From Haliotis cracherodii (taxonomy: Eukaryota): a stretch of 64,000 nucleotides of DNA. The position numbers were made by a program, and so were the translations under genes. The notes beneath the pieces were generated by a model. It made no database searches. It worked only from the letters and a program-made list of their open reading frames with translations, and was not told the origin of the DNA. The stretch is taken from contig NW_027266343.1 in the NCBI RefSeq assembly GCF_022045235.1, forward strand, positions 31,496,001 to 31,560,000. The letters run 5' to 3'. Positions 9,379 to 23,706 of the stretch are shown here, piece by piece. How positions within the stretch are numbered: position 1 is the first letter of the stretch; each line of letters begins with the position of its first letter.

Positions 9379-12152
9379 TGGGGGACTTTAACACACGTTA
9401 TGTCCCCTTCCTGGCACTTTTCTGTACGCCTTTTTTTACTAATACAGTCTTAAGTACACTCAGTATTTCAATAAACTAACTCGGGTGTCACATATCAGTA
9501 TACATATGTATTGTTTAGAACTGTTAAGCTACAAGAAAATGCTGACACTTTCGAGCCATGATGTTCCTTTATAAAACTCCAGGAACGTAAACATGCCAGT
9601 CGTTACAAGATGTGTATTTCTAGCAAGAGCTATCCTACACAAGTCAACTAAGGTATCTTTACGTTGAATTCAGGGGAGAACACCGTCTATGTGAAAATCA
9701 GCAATCTCAAGGTTATATCGCAACGGCCTGTAAATAATAATACGGTCTAGCCAAATCACTTGTCAGCAAAATAACAGTCTGGCCCAGGAAATTAAATGGT
9801 TGATGACATGCGCAACGATCGACGCCGTCGGTTACGATGTCACGATCAGCCAGAAAACCCTCTGCAACCACCGACCCTATTGCTAGGCTTACAGACCATG
9901 GTGCTGAGGACCAATTCTACCCCGTATTGGGAATTGGTAACGTTGTGACGTGAGGTGATCATTGTCTGCGCACAGCCATGACACTAGACTAACAGTCAAT
10001 GAAAACATGTCTTTATATATTTTATTCTTCGAAAGAACCTTTCCTCTTCTGTTTTTTTCATCAAGCAAACTAGACTTCGTTAGTTTGATCTAGACTTGAC
10101 AAAGCTTTTAGTAAAAAAAATACCTAAAAAATATAAATTCCAGAGTTTTGGTGCAGGACGACCATGATACAGGTTGGCGAGATGAGAGCAAGACGCCCAC
10201 ATTCTCAGTAACTACAATACAGATGGGCTTGAATGAAAATGCAAAACATCCTTTTGTTCTGAGTCATTATATTGTTGTGGGATTTGAAAATCGATGACAG
10301 TTTGATACCATGTATTAGCAAACCATGAACGCGATAATCACAGCGTTAGTCATTCTCGAAAAAAACCCCAATGTTTTCTTGATGAATGCCTAGAGGCGAT
10401 GCACATCTCGCGACTAACGCTTTCAAGACGTGGTAGGAATCTCGCGACTAACACAACGAGCATGATGAAGACACAGATGGAAATCCGAGACCGGAGGCTT
10501 CAGACGGCGGTAATGGCTTCACAATTACCACAGCAATATAAGAATCATTTTTGTCATTCCACCTGTCACAAGGAGTTTGTAAAATTCATAGAAACAACCA
10601 GAATGCAATTGTAGGTGACATTTCTTGTCCTTCTGTGTGGCTTAATTTCTGAGCTGTCTTTTCAGCGGTCCCCATGACGACATTAGTACCCCCCTTTGCC
10701 ATGGATTGACAGATTCAATCACCCTCGAGGCAGCGAGCATACTTGGGGTGTGCGGGCAAGTCACAAGACCTGATCTTTAGTATGTTCCGCTTATAAATAT
10801 TTATTTAAGGTTTCAATCAATGGAAAGGTGATTGTAAAACTGCCACTTGGAAAGCCTTTCAGGAAGGATATCGACATGAGATGTTTGCTATGACTGGGGC
10901 CCGAGATGAAGGTAGAAGAGATTGTGACGTCACTGATTGGGAAGGGGAAGAACGAGAGGCAATTGGAGGAAATCTTGGGGAAATACGTCTAGATGAAAGT
11001 TCGGACAAACAAACTGTCAAAGAGATCGAGGGTGTTGGGAGAGCTTTTGAAGACAAGTGTTTTTGTGAAAGAAGAGGCACTGTCTGGAATCCGAGTCTGG
11101 TAACTTCCCCCAAGAACATCACTGGAGCCGTATTTATTAAGATTCTTAGAACCTAAAACTTCTAATTTGCCTAAGACTTAGGCAAGGAATTCACTGGCCT
11201 TTCTGAACAAGATCTATCTATCTATCTATCATGGCCGTTAGATTATTAATTCCTTTTGTAATTGCTCTGTTGATGTATGACGTCTTGTTCGGCTACCCCC
11301 CCCCCCCCCCCCCCCCCACGCACACCTAGCGACAACCTAATACACTTGAGTGACGGAGCAGCTCAAGGGCTCCTTAAGTATTGAAGCATACATACCACTG
11401 TTGAGACACAATAACTCCTTTCAGTCAGCGCTTCGAGAAACATTTTTCTGAGAGGAGCCAAGCAATTTATTTTGAGCCCACAACATTCAACATGTCTACT
11501 GACCGATTTCTTTGTAAAGCACGAAGACACTTTCCCCGGCATTTTCGGGAACAGATTAACAAATGGTCGCCCTTTGACCATGAACTTTAAAACTACTAGA
11601 AGGTTGATATTGTCAAACTGAAAATGTTCAGGGCTTTCGCCCTTTTGCCCTTTCTGCCAAATGGAATGATTTCTGTTTCGGTGGATAATCTAGACTGGTT
11701 ATATTCTCGCATTGAAAAATTTATGTTTAGCCCTCCCCTGAAATGAAGATTCACATGACTTCGTACTTTATAATTACTCCCTTAATCCACCAACTTTAAC
11801 ACAGGTCAGGAATGAGAGATGCTAATCCTTCCACCACCGTGTTGTTTGTGAGGTATATAATGGGAAAACTTGGCGGGGAAACCTGACGGTTACACGGATG
11901 AAGTTGCAACGCAGGCCCAACCACCGGGTAAGGTGTGGAAAGGTAATCCACCATATGGAGACGTTATTACTAATTCCACGTACATGGTTTCCCCCTTAGC
12001 TGATGACTCATTGGAGCATAGGCTCCGACAAACGTCTGTACATATGATTGTGGAAGTTGGGTAAACACGCCCATCGTTGTGGTAAAAAGTTCTGTGTTGT
12101 TTGGCTGATTATTCCAATTCAAAATAATGGACCATGCTGGTCGCTAGATATG

Positions 12153-12508
12153 GTGAGGTGAGATGGAATGAGGTTTAACGTCGCGTCCAAGATTATTGCA
12201 CTTATATAGCGATGTGCATGTACGTGTGTGTGTTTGTGTGGCTGCTTGTACTAGTTTCGGACTGATGCCGATTTATAGTGCTAGCTCACTGAGATACAAT
12301 ACCGCAGGTTAACATGAATACCCCACTCAGACACAGTATACTGACTCCGAGCCGACCAGTCCTTGTTTAACCCCTTAATGCCCAGCGCCAGACAGGGTAA
12401 CAACAGGAACCATCCTTTAACGTCTTTTGGTATGACGCGGCCGGGGATCGAACCCCGGACCTTCCGCTCTCCGGGCGGACGCTCTACCACTAGACCACGG
12501 AGGCTGTC
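12153..12508 (-). mobile_element. SINE family B
   Basis: 12-bp TSD tcgctagatatg (12141-12152 / 12509-12520). Confidence 0.9.
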
Positions 12509-13737
12509 TCGCTAGATATGCCTAGCATGACTTAGCTTATGCGGGATGTCTTGTCCTCAGAGGTGTTCTCTGAGTCGGATCAGGATGAATTCAGATGCTG
12601 AGGTCGGTAAAGTCGTTAGACCTAGTGATTGCCTTTTATAATTATCCACAGTCATGAGGGGAATCAAACCCGGACATTCAACGTGAAGGACTAACGCTAT
12701 AACCACTTAGCTATCCCATCGCCTTATTTAGACCTTAGTGTGAAGGTCTTTCAACGAACACATTCTTGAAGTATTTTAGAAACGACACGGCCTGTGGCAT
12801 TATCTAATAAATTTCCTTTTAAGAACCAACCAGTGCTTTGAAAAGTCATTTCAGCAAGATCTAACAAAACTTTTATCACTTAACAAGTCCTATGAAAGCC
12901 TTTAAACACGGTCCGAAAAATGTTTTACAGGACCGGTAATAAGAATGTATGTTAAACAATAAGACCCGAAAAAGTCATTACAGTGCTATAACAAGTATGA
13001 AACGACCAGTTCTCCAAAATATAATGGCTCACTATTCTCAAATTACGCCCCATCGTAAACCTAGTTAACAACATCATATATCTTTATAAGTCCGACCGTT
13101 TGGAAAGTAAAACTGAAAATGTATTCCGCTTCGAAAAACGAAAACCGGCCACGCACGTCAGTAACGACAAGTTGAACAATGTGAAATATTACGTTTTCAA
13201 TATGGCCGTATTTTTAGGCCATACTAAAAACATGATTCAGTGAGTATATTTTCGAGAAATTGTTGTCGGGATCATATACACAAACTGTCCGATTCATTTA
13301 CCAAGTCGTTCCAAGGGAGTTGTCGAAAGTGCAGTTCATTTGTATACATAAACGGGGAAGTCAAAGTCAAAGTTCAAGGTAGGCATGCCCGAAGTAACGC
13401 AGGTTGTAAACGGTCACTGGCATCCTTGAAATGGGTATGTTGCCGACAAACCAAGGGTCGTACTCCGTGCGAATCTGGGATTCGACACCAAGAGGATTGT
13501 GCGACTAAAGGGACGTAACTCGGACAGCTCGACCACCAGCGGTAACTGACAATAATACATCATATATCTACATCGCTTTCAAACGGTTTTCAGGGTACTC
13601 GGGTGGCCCAGTCGTCTAAGGAGCCGCAATTCACTGTGCTTAGTTGCGTTCCTTGGGCCAGAAACCTATGATTCTGGGTTCGAATCCACATGAACTCACT
13701 ATTAGACAGTAAATAAACATATACATACCTCTATTTA

Positions 13738-15208
13738 TACTGAACCGCAAAAGAAACGTCACCATGGATAGATATATGAGAAACCTTATTTGTCCAAACA
13801 CTGCAAACATATTTTAAGACATTAAAAATATGAAACTTGGCAAAACTGATCATCATGGTTGAAATTAAAGTGTCAAATGTTTTTTAAGTGAAACACAACA
13901 CTAGTTCCTGAGAAAATGGCATCACAAGTCAGTGTCTCGTGTGTCCGCCATGTGCATTGATGACTACCGTGCAACGTCGATACATGGAATGGATGAGGCG
14001 ATTAATGAAGGCCATGGGCACTTGAGCCCACACTCTGAGGAACATCTGACGCAGTTCAGCTGCAGTTGTTGGCCTTGGTCGGACGTCATTCAGTCGTCTT
14101 TGAATCTCGTCCCACATGTGCTCAATGGGATTTAAATCCCAGGCCACTGCATGGTTCTGCTGCCATTCTGCTGGTGAAGTCTCTTGGTGCTCTCGCAGTG
14201 TGGGCTCAAACTCGTGGTTGCGGCGACGTGCCAAATGAGGTATGCCGTGTGGTCTCAAGACTTGATCAATGTACCGAGTTGTTGCCTCTCCCTGGACCGA
14301 TGTCCTGGAAGACCACAAAGCCGACCCTCCGTGCAAGACCAGTTCAACTCCACACCATGATGCTCGGACCACCCCACGAGTCTCTCTCAACAACACAAGC
14401 AACCGTTCCCAACGGCGTCGCCAGACTCTCTCTGCCATCTGCCGTTGAGATACAGTAACGGCTCTCGTCTGAGAAGAGGACTCTTCTCCACTGCTGCTTG
14501 CGCCAATGCTGGTGCTGTGTTGCCCACTGAAGACGGTCCCGGCGATGACGTGGTGTCAGAATGGGTTCTCAGTGTGGCCTGTGACAGTGGAGGTGTCTGC
14601 TCGACAATCGTCGACGCACGGTGTCCGCACTGATGTGTCGCTGGTGTGTTCCCATGGTCTGTCGAGCAGTTTCCGCAACAGTAACAAAGCGATCTTGAAG
14701 ATGAAGTCGCACAATCTGATGATTCTAACGTCGGGTGGTGACCCTTGATCTTCCACTACGTGGTCGGTCATCTGTAGTGTTGGTGGTCTGGTACCGTTGC
14801 TGGAGCCTGTACATGGTCCTTACGTGGACTTGAAATGCATTGGTTATTTGTCCAGCTTGCAATCGTCCAAGGGCTTGGTGTCGCTGATTTCTTGTCAATC
14901 TTGGCATGTGGTAGCAATTTAATAACGAATGAATGTTATCCGATCTGGGTGGATTTTTATAGGGCAAGAAATAGGGGAACGCATGTGCATTTCAATTTGG
15001 ACGAAACATCGGGTTACCATGGCCGTTGCCGTGATGCGTTTGGGTGATCGGTTTTATTGTCATCTGCTTTGTTTTTTATCACCAAATTTCATTTTTCTGG
15101 ACAAGGTAATGTTAAATTTTAGAAACTTTGACAAAAATTACCCAGATATTTAAATGACAACTTTTCATGCAATGTTTCTTGGGGTGACGTTTCTTTTGCG
15201 GTTCAGTA
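13738..15208 (-). mobile_element. Tc1/mariner DNA transposon, defective copy
   Basis: Perfect 26-bp TIRs TACTGAACCGCAAAAGAAACGTCACC flanked by TA; transposase remnants inside. Confidence 0.93.
13929..14907 (-). pseudogene. Tc1 transposase pseudogene
   Basis: N-terminal MPRLTRNQRHQALGRLQAGQ...DRPRSGRSRVTT (paired-like HTH) and C-terminal DLNPIEHMWDEIQRRL...INRLIHSMYRRCTVVINAHGGHTRH; stops, frameshifts and deletions between. Confidence 0.88.
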
Positions 15209-16217
15209 TATAAGGAGATAAAAGTATGAAAAGTTTATCATCAAACACATTTCTGCCCGTGTGTGAAATCTGACTGATAAAGAGTTCCTTTGTTCAAATC
15301 CCGGTTCGTCCCGATTATGTTTCTAGGTTTGTCAGCATCGGGTTTCACCAAAGAGGAAAACGTCCAAGACCTGCATCACACCGGACTTTCCTTCCACATC
15401 AAGCTGACACGCCCCGATATAACTGGACTATTGTTAAAAAAAGCGGCGTTAAATCAACCCACTCACCTACTCACTCCAAACGACTTTTAAAACTTCTGTT
15501 GAAGATAGGAAAATTAGTTACCAGGAGATATGTGATATTTTATTGGCAGGTGTTGTCAAAGGAATCTAATCAGCTTAAATCACCCAGGCTTCAAAATCGT
15601 ATTTCCGGGTCGCAGAAACACGGTTTACATGTGAATGACTTGCCTCGAAAAAGTATGTTTCAAGAAAAATATCGCTTGTGAAACACTGACACTTTAAAGC
15701 TAAGTTTTCTTTTAGATCTGGTCTTTTTGTGTGCAACAAAAGATCGCATGTTCAACATGAATGACAGGTTCATGACATTCGCCTACTTTTCTTTGATGTC
15801 AATTCGTATGGTTATGGTCACAAGTATTCGCATCGCTGCTGTCTCTTCATCCTCCCACCTGTTTTGCATCCCTGTGTCATAAACGGATTAAATCCAATTA
15901 CACATCTAGGTCATTTTGTCACAGGGGATCGCCAAGAAACAACAATTTGGCGTGATGAAGAAAATGCAGTATATATTTCCCTGGAGTCAGACAGGCCTAA
16001 TATTCATTTGGTCGGTTAAATCTGGTCCTTGTGGAAGATTTAAAGAGTTCGCTAATCGCTACATGTCCCTTACTAGTCACTCTGATAGGGGGGTGGGGGG
16101 GGGGTGGGGGGGGGGGGGGGGGGGGTGTATATGAGAAGGCATCATGGTAGGCAGTACTGAGCTCGACCAGGGCCAGATGTATTGGATGACCGGTCCCTAC
16201 TATGCATAGTGAAGGTA

Positions 16218-16371
16218 GGTGTGAGGTGAGGTGAAATTTAAGGTCGCGTCCAAGATTATGGCACTTATACCGGGATTCGAACCCACAATCATAGGTTTCT
16301 GAAGTGCCCAAGGGACGCAACTCTGCAAAGCGAATCGCGGCGCCTCAGACGAATGGGCAACCCGTGCCCCC
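16218..16371 (-). mobile_element. Chimeric SINE: family D head joined to family B tail
   Basis: Minus strand reads D head ...gggttcgaatcccgg, then tataagtgccataatcttggacgcgacc...(cacct)n. Confidence 0.75.
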
Positions 16372-19184
16372 AGAAGCATATAGAGAAGTATGTACGTTAA
16401 GAAGAGATGTTTCCAATGTGTACCAATTAATGACAAAACTAAGAATCAGTCAAGTGTTACCACAGAGTATTATTATTCTTATAACGATATGCTGCACGTG
16501 ATTTCTAAACTTTACACGCTAATCCGGCGCGAGACAAATGGTGCATCTCGAGTCATGGATCAATGACGTCACATGTGATGCGTTCACGAGCGGTCGGTTC
16601 ATGCCCAAACTACACCGACTACCAGTCTACCTATAACCACAGTTATATCGGAATGGCGGCTAAGTAGCCTTGCGGTTATGTCGGCTTTGTTGGCTCTGTC
16701 ATAGATATGTGCTGTTACGCCTTTACTATCCGACATCTACTCACATGTATACGAATCCAACCTACAGTTAATCTTCATTGAGAGTGCGATGTTTATTTTA
16801 CACCGGCCTAGTACCCAAACCACCTACGTTTAAGTACATCACATATTTCGAATTGAAACGGTTTTTTCCCGCAAAAGTATCCGCCTCGGCCGCTGTTACT
16901 ATTTCATAACACAACAGCACGCATGGAAATAATCCTACGTAGCTCAAATTAGCCACCATTGGATATCGAATAGTAAAGGTGGAGCTACGTTCGATGTCGC
17001 AACTAGCAATATCAGGTCGAAAACAGGACCAGTCAAAACAGTGAATGAACGTAAGGTGAAATGGGGTTTAACATCACGTTCAAAACTGAAACACTTATAT
17101 CGGTGTGTGGCTGCTTGTGCTTGTCATGGATACCCCATTCAGACACGGGAATCGAACTCCCGACCTTCAGCTCTCCGGGCAAACGCTCTATCCAAAAGAC
17201 CACCCAGTGAAAGAAAGCATGAGTAAAGACCAACTGCATCTGGAGACGATGTTAGGCAATCAGAGTCAGATCATTTGGGTCTGCCCTTACGGCAAGCATA
17301 TGGCATTGGGTAAATATTCTTACCCCACAGATGGACTATAAGTGACTTCCACGTGGAAGTTAAAACACGCCATTGACGTTCTGTATTCTGAAAACAACGC
17401 ATCAATTTATATCTCAGGATCAACACTGTGTTCCCAATACCGGCCGTGTTTTTTTATTGAACCCATACACAATGCTTGGTTCTGACCTTTAACAGACGTG
17501 CTATGCACGAGGGATCTAGCGCGAGGCACACATCGGACCTCACCGACCTTTCCCGACGTGGCTACTGGCACTTATTTACCGGTAGAGTAGTGTGGTACAC
17601 TCAACACATGTAGGTTATACCTAATGGGTGTATAGTTACACCAGAGACCAGACCATCAACACAAAGGCCCCGTGCGACTGACCCAATGAAGTCAGGATTC
17701 CTGGGGAAGGTGCGATCTGAAGGTTAAAGGCGGACTAGTTTCGGTCAAGTTGGCAGGCAGAGCAACTTTGATTCAAGTTGTTCAAGCACCACTTCGTTTG
17801 CTGCCTATGATGGTTACCATAGTTACACTGAGAAATTGTCTTAATTTGACACAAGGTTACGTAGTGGAGAAATCATGAGAATCTGTTGATTCTACTTCCG
17901 ACTTAAACCATGTTATTATTATTTATAAACACGTCCCATTTTAAATCTGGAAACCCATTAGTCCAGAAACTCTCCATGCTGTGGCCAGTCTCGGTCAAAG
18001 GTATTAAAAAAATTCAACATGCTGTTCTCATGGTTACATACTAAGGCAGACAAAAATAAAACAAAATGTTTCGAAAACTCAAAACTTAAACTAGAAACTT
18101 TAAAAGAGTGTCCTAAAGGCGAGAATTTTGTTGTGCTAAAAACTCATGTTTTTTGTTTTGCAAAAAATTAAACATGTGTCTTCAAGCATCATGACACATA
18201 ATTCAACTCATTTTAACAGAATTCAACTAATTTAAAGCGTTATTAAAATATTTTATTAAAGTATATAGTCTTAGCAGTAGTTGTAGAAAAAGAAGTAGTA
18301 GTACTGGTAGAAACCCCATAGAAGGGTGTTTGCGGTGTCCAATCCATATAGTGTCGCCAGATTCACAGAATGTGTGCAAATGATTATATCTAATTATAAT
18401 GCACGTTTGTCTATTTCATTATATATTAAATAACGTTTGAACCCAACTACCCGTCTTCGGACATGACTGTGAAAAAAATCACGCTCCACAATTGTTTTGA
18501 ATCGATGTGATATATCCCCGACCTGCCCTACTTGAGGTAATCTATATTCACTGCTTGGAGCGTAACTGACATTACCTATAGACATTTCAAGCTACAAGTA
18601 CGAGCAGACGCCCACAGTGCTCACTATTAACCGCTTTGTTACACACAACTGACTCTGAGATGGAGTTAAGCTATATTGAGCTGTCTGGGTGTGAACAATT
18701 CACGATTAGGGACCGACCATATAATACTCTAGGTCGTTGAAAAAATATTACTTTGCAACAATGTATTTTCTTGTGGCAGCAATTTCTTTGTTTTCAACAG
18801 TCTGAAACATAATTATGTTTTTCAACAAACTTTGGGACAGTTTTATAAAATCCCAGCCACCAGCCATCCCCTGAAGATAAAATAGTCGGTCCCGTATAGC
18901 TCAATGTTAAACAATAGTGGCGATGTTGATAAACAAATACGAAATCAACAATTATAATTAATTTATTTGCGGATATCTTTAGTATTGATACATGAAAGCA
19001 AGGCAGAACTTATAAAATACTTTTGGTGTAATACTAGTATCAAGCACATTCTATAAATGTTATAGTATTTTATAGTCTGGTTGTTGCTCGTGGCTCGGTT
19101 CTGGGTCTTACTTCACCTTATATCAAGGAATATTTTAAACATAACAGACCAAACAACTGTCAATGTGAATTGCATCATAACTTT

Positions 19185-19548
19185 TGTTTGTTTGTTGTTT
19201 AACGCCGCACTCAGCAATATTCCAGATATATCGGCGGTCTGTGAATAATCGAGTCTGCACTAGACAATCCAGTGATTGAACTCATGAGCATCGATCTACG
19301 CAATTGGGATACGATGACATGTATAAACTAAGTCAGCGAGCCTGACCACCCGATCTCGTTAGTCGCCTTTTACGACAAGCATAGTCGCCTTTTACGACAA
19401 GCATAGTCGCCTTTTACGGCAAGCATGGGTTGCTGAAGGCCTTTTCTACCCCGACATGGGTACAATGTGTGAAGCCCATTTCTGGTGACCCCCGCCGTGA
19501 TATTGCTGGAATATTGCTAAATGCGGCGTAAAACCATACTCACTCACT
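19185..19548. mobile_element. Family C (minus) fused to the 3' half of SINE A (plus)
   Basis: C copy with three 22-bp units, truncated at ~19452, continuing directly into cccgacatgggtacaatg of family A. Confidence 0.85.
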
Positions 19549-21965
19549 CTTTTGCCCGGCAGTTCATTTTGACAAGGTTTGAAAGCAATGAGAGATATGA
19601 TGAACAGGATTTGATCAAACTAGTTATTATCCAATTCGATACGCTCCATTTCTTAACTTAAAAATGAACGTTAACGGGCAGTCCCGAATGAATAATAATA
19701 ATGTCCGTGCTATGTTTCTGAGTGCCCTGCCATCTATACCGATGGGATGTACTATCGAGGGAACATTTGTGTTTAGTGTGGCATTTGTGTCGTTCTGACA
19801 GACATTTCTAAATCGGAGACATGGAACAGAAATGGTACCGAATCGTTTGCGAAAGCGGACATCGCAGTAGCTGAAAACCTCACGCACCCTTCATTTTGAT
19901 CGGGCTGTCATAATTCGCCCAGTCCCTTGTGGGGGATATATCACATCTTAACGGACAGATGTATCAAGCAAATTAAAATGTAATGACATTCAAGAATTAA
20001 TATGAATTATGTTTATATTTACCACCAGTCAGACGCCAATATGGCGAGTGTTGTTGCTATTGGAGTCTCAAGATAGACGACATTTTAAACCCGACCCCAG
20101 TGCTTGTGAAATAAATACAGACAGTCCTAAACGACCCATCCAGTAAAAATATTATCCAATCGTTCGATCTGTTATTTTTCGTCGAGTTGTTTGCCAACCC
20201 AACCAACACGGTTCGAACTCAAAATCGATGTTTGTACACCACATCCTTGCACTCAGTCATCCGTGCGTGTGGGAAAAAAACCCATCGCGTGTCCTGACAC
20301 GGAAACATAAACGCCACGTTCACCTGATGTAATTACCAGGACGGGGTTATTCAAACACACCTGTTTGTCTCCTAAAATGTCAAACGGTTAATTTATTTCA
20401 TTTGGGGATAAAACCTGCTTCATGTACTAATACCGACACTTAATACGTCACACAACTGTCACTGAAGACAATTGATCCAAGTCTTGCAGCCTGAGAAAGT
20501 AATCACAGTGTTTATGAGTGAATATTGCGCCAACAAGCACTGGGGACAAGAAGCCATGTTTACGAGGGAACCAACTCTGACTTTACACCGGTAAAAGCCT
20601 GCTGTGTACAAACGGTGACCTTTGGCTCGCCGGAGATGGGATACTTTTATCTGGATAATAATGTCCCCAGGCACATCATATCCGGAGATTCTGTATTCCG
20701 GTTACACTGTATTCTTACGGAAGTTTTCCTAAAACATCAAATTTGGACGGGGAAAATTTAGAAATTGTGGGATTGGGCGTTCTTGACGTGTGGAGCAATT
20801 AAACCGCGCGTCTGCTTGATCCGCGATTGGCGGCTTAACCGTGATCCAAGATTACCGTCGTACTGCAGCAAATTACAACAAACACATTTCGATAGTCTTC
20901 GGGGCTTGTGGGCCATATGCTTGTTTAAATTGGAAATCCCTCTCTGTTCTATACGAGCCCGCAAAAACGCCATTTTAACCAACAAAAACAATAATTACAG
21001 TCACGAATGCAATCAGTGAGGTTACACGTGTTTGCCAGGCAGTGCCACTTAAGGAATATTACTGTTGCTGTTTTTTTTAAAACGGCAAGAACGACCTACA
21101 TGTAGAAAAGTATATAGTTGATTCAGCATTAATATTTGTTATATATGGTGAAAAGTAATCGAAGCTACATAATAGGCATATGACGACCTGTTGACGAAAC
21201 ACATCATCATGTATCTATACGAGAATGACGCTGTTTGTGTGTGGGATATTAAATTATGCAGTATATGTCCTGAGGACTAATGTTCTTAGCTCGACAGGGA
21301 CGTTTTCCCATTCAACTTATAACAGTAATGAGACTATTAGGCTGACACTTGTTTTGACAATCTGACACAGCTTATAAAGCTCATATTAATTTGCTCTCTA
21401 TGCTCTCTACTGCAAGCGGTAAGAGTGTTCTTATCCTTTTGACAGTGCTTCTCATTGAAGTTGCTGAAACAACCAACTTATTACGCTATAAGTAACGTAA
21501 ATGGAATTAATTTTGAATCAAAATGGAATACGTGTACATGTTTATTGTTTTGGGTATTTCAGGGGTGGTTTGGGGAATAAAGAGAATAGTTGTTCTAATG
21601 CTAATCAACTATGTCAATTGTTTCGCTAAAACACTACAATCCTATCAGTGATATGATCTTAGGTGCCGCAATTCGCTGTGCAGAGTTGCCTTCCCTTGGG
21701 CACGCCATTAACCTGTGACTGAGGTTTTAAATCCCGGTTCGCCCCGATTACGTTTCTAGGTGCTCGTGGATTACACCAAAGTAATGAATGTCTGAGATCC
21801 ACATTACTTCGGGCTTTCCTCCCATATTAAGCTGACACGCCGTGCTATAACTGGAAAAATATAATATTTGATCAAATTCGAAAAAACGTTTTGATGATGT
21901 CGTAGATTAAACGATGTTCTGTCTTGCTCTGCTAAGACTCCCAAGTACCTGTATGTGTAATTCCG

Positions 21966-22252
21966 TTATCCGTATATCATTGAATGACCAACATTATCCG
22001 TATATCATTGAAAGACTAACATTATCCGTATATCATTGAAAGAGCAACTTTATCCGCTTATCGTTGAATGACCAACATTATCCGCTTATTGTTGAACGAC
22101 CAACATTATCCGTATATCGTTGAAAGACCAACATTATCCGTATATCGTTCAACCACCAACATTATCGGTATATCGTTGAATAACCAACATTATCCGTATA
22201 TCATTAAAAGGCCAACATTATCCGTATATCATTGAAATTCAAACATTATCCG
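21966..22252. repeat. 28-bp minisatellite (ttatccgtatatcattgaatgaccaaca)
   Basis: About 10 tandem units. Confidence 0.92.
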
Positions 22253-22947
22253 GACAACACAAGTATTTCATTTGAAGGGCAACAACTTAATTGCTGAAAT
22301 ACCACACTCTGTCGACCAAAATATTAAGATTTGGACAACGTGTGTTAATACTAGACGATAAAAAGAAGTAATTCGTCCATACAGTAAAAGTATATTCGCT
22401 CGGATGCGTCTCTTTAAGCGCGCTTCAGTTGCGAAATGAGTTTCCTCGTCTGTATATAGATATGTAAAAGACATCCACACACAAATAGACCGGAGTTGAG
22501 TGGTAAAACAATGAGCGGGCAGCGGAAATGTACAGCCGCTGGCACTCAGCCAACATGTGGTAGAAATCTCAACTGTATCCACAAATACTAAATGTATACA
22601 GTCGAGCATTGGCGAATACACTCGGAAACAACAAAATATTCACAAATTCATCTACAAGGAAAATGTTATACAAAGTCCAATAATTATTGAGAACGGGAAT
22701 AGTGCATTTGTGAATATGTTTACTGTTCACCGTATTTGTCAATTTGTTTTTTCTTTTATAAAAGAACTTTGTTTTACATTCCCATATTGCTCTGTTACTA
22801 TGTTGGGGTGGTACTTGAGTACCATACAGAAATTGTTTTTTCGTTTAAGACGTTCGCCTCGCCGACGGTGGCGCGTTTGGTGATTTATTCTAACAACAGG
22901 AAAACGGCATGCGTCTTTGTCATGGTGATGGAGAAGATGACGAGAAC

Positions 22948-23275
22948 AGGTGAGGTAAAATGGGGTTTAACCTCGCGTACAAGATTAATCGCGACGTGCA
23001 TGCACGTGTGTGTGGCTCTTTGTACTTGTCCGGACTAATGCCGACTTATAGTCCTATCCCAGTGAGATACCATGCCGCAGTTTAACATGAATATCCCACT
23101 CAGACACAGACTCGAGCCGAGCAGTCCTTGTTTTAGCCTCGTAATGCCGCGCACCAGACAAAATAACAACAGGTACCATCTTTTAACGTCTTTTGATATG
23201 ACGCGGCCGGGGATCGAACCCCCGACCTTCCGCTCTCCGGGCGGACGCTCTACCACTAGACCACGGAGGCGGAGG
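22948..23275 (-). mobile_element. SINE family B
   Basis: Colinear with 9042-9378 on the opposite strand. Confidence 0.88.
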
Positions 23276-23533
23276 CTGTTAGTAGAATGGAAATAAACGC
23301 AAAAGGAGACAACTCCTAACAAAATTATGAGAAAATGGCTATATCATTTGTATGTAAATAATGTTTATTCACTGGTGTGTTCCGAATGTATTAATCTCTT
23401 GTTTTAGGTTTTATCGCGAATCCTAATTAAGCGAATCCAGCCGTCAGAGGGTGGCTTATACATAATCGAATCTGGACCAGTAAATCCTGTGATTGATATA
23501 ATGCGCTTCATTTCATTATTTAATCACATTATA

Positions 23534-23706
23534 GGGGGCGGTCGGGTAGCCATGTGGTTAAAGCGTTCGCTCGTCACGCCGAAGACCCGGGTTCCATTCC
23601 CGACATGGGTACAATGTGTGAAGCCCATTTCTGGTGTCCCCCGCCGTGATATTGCTGGAATATTGCTAAAAGCGGCGTAAAACCAAACTCACTCACTCAC
23701 TCACTC
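23534..23706 (+). mobile_element. SINE family A
   Basis: Full length; cacattat on both flanks. Confidence 0.9.
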
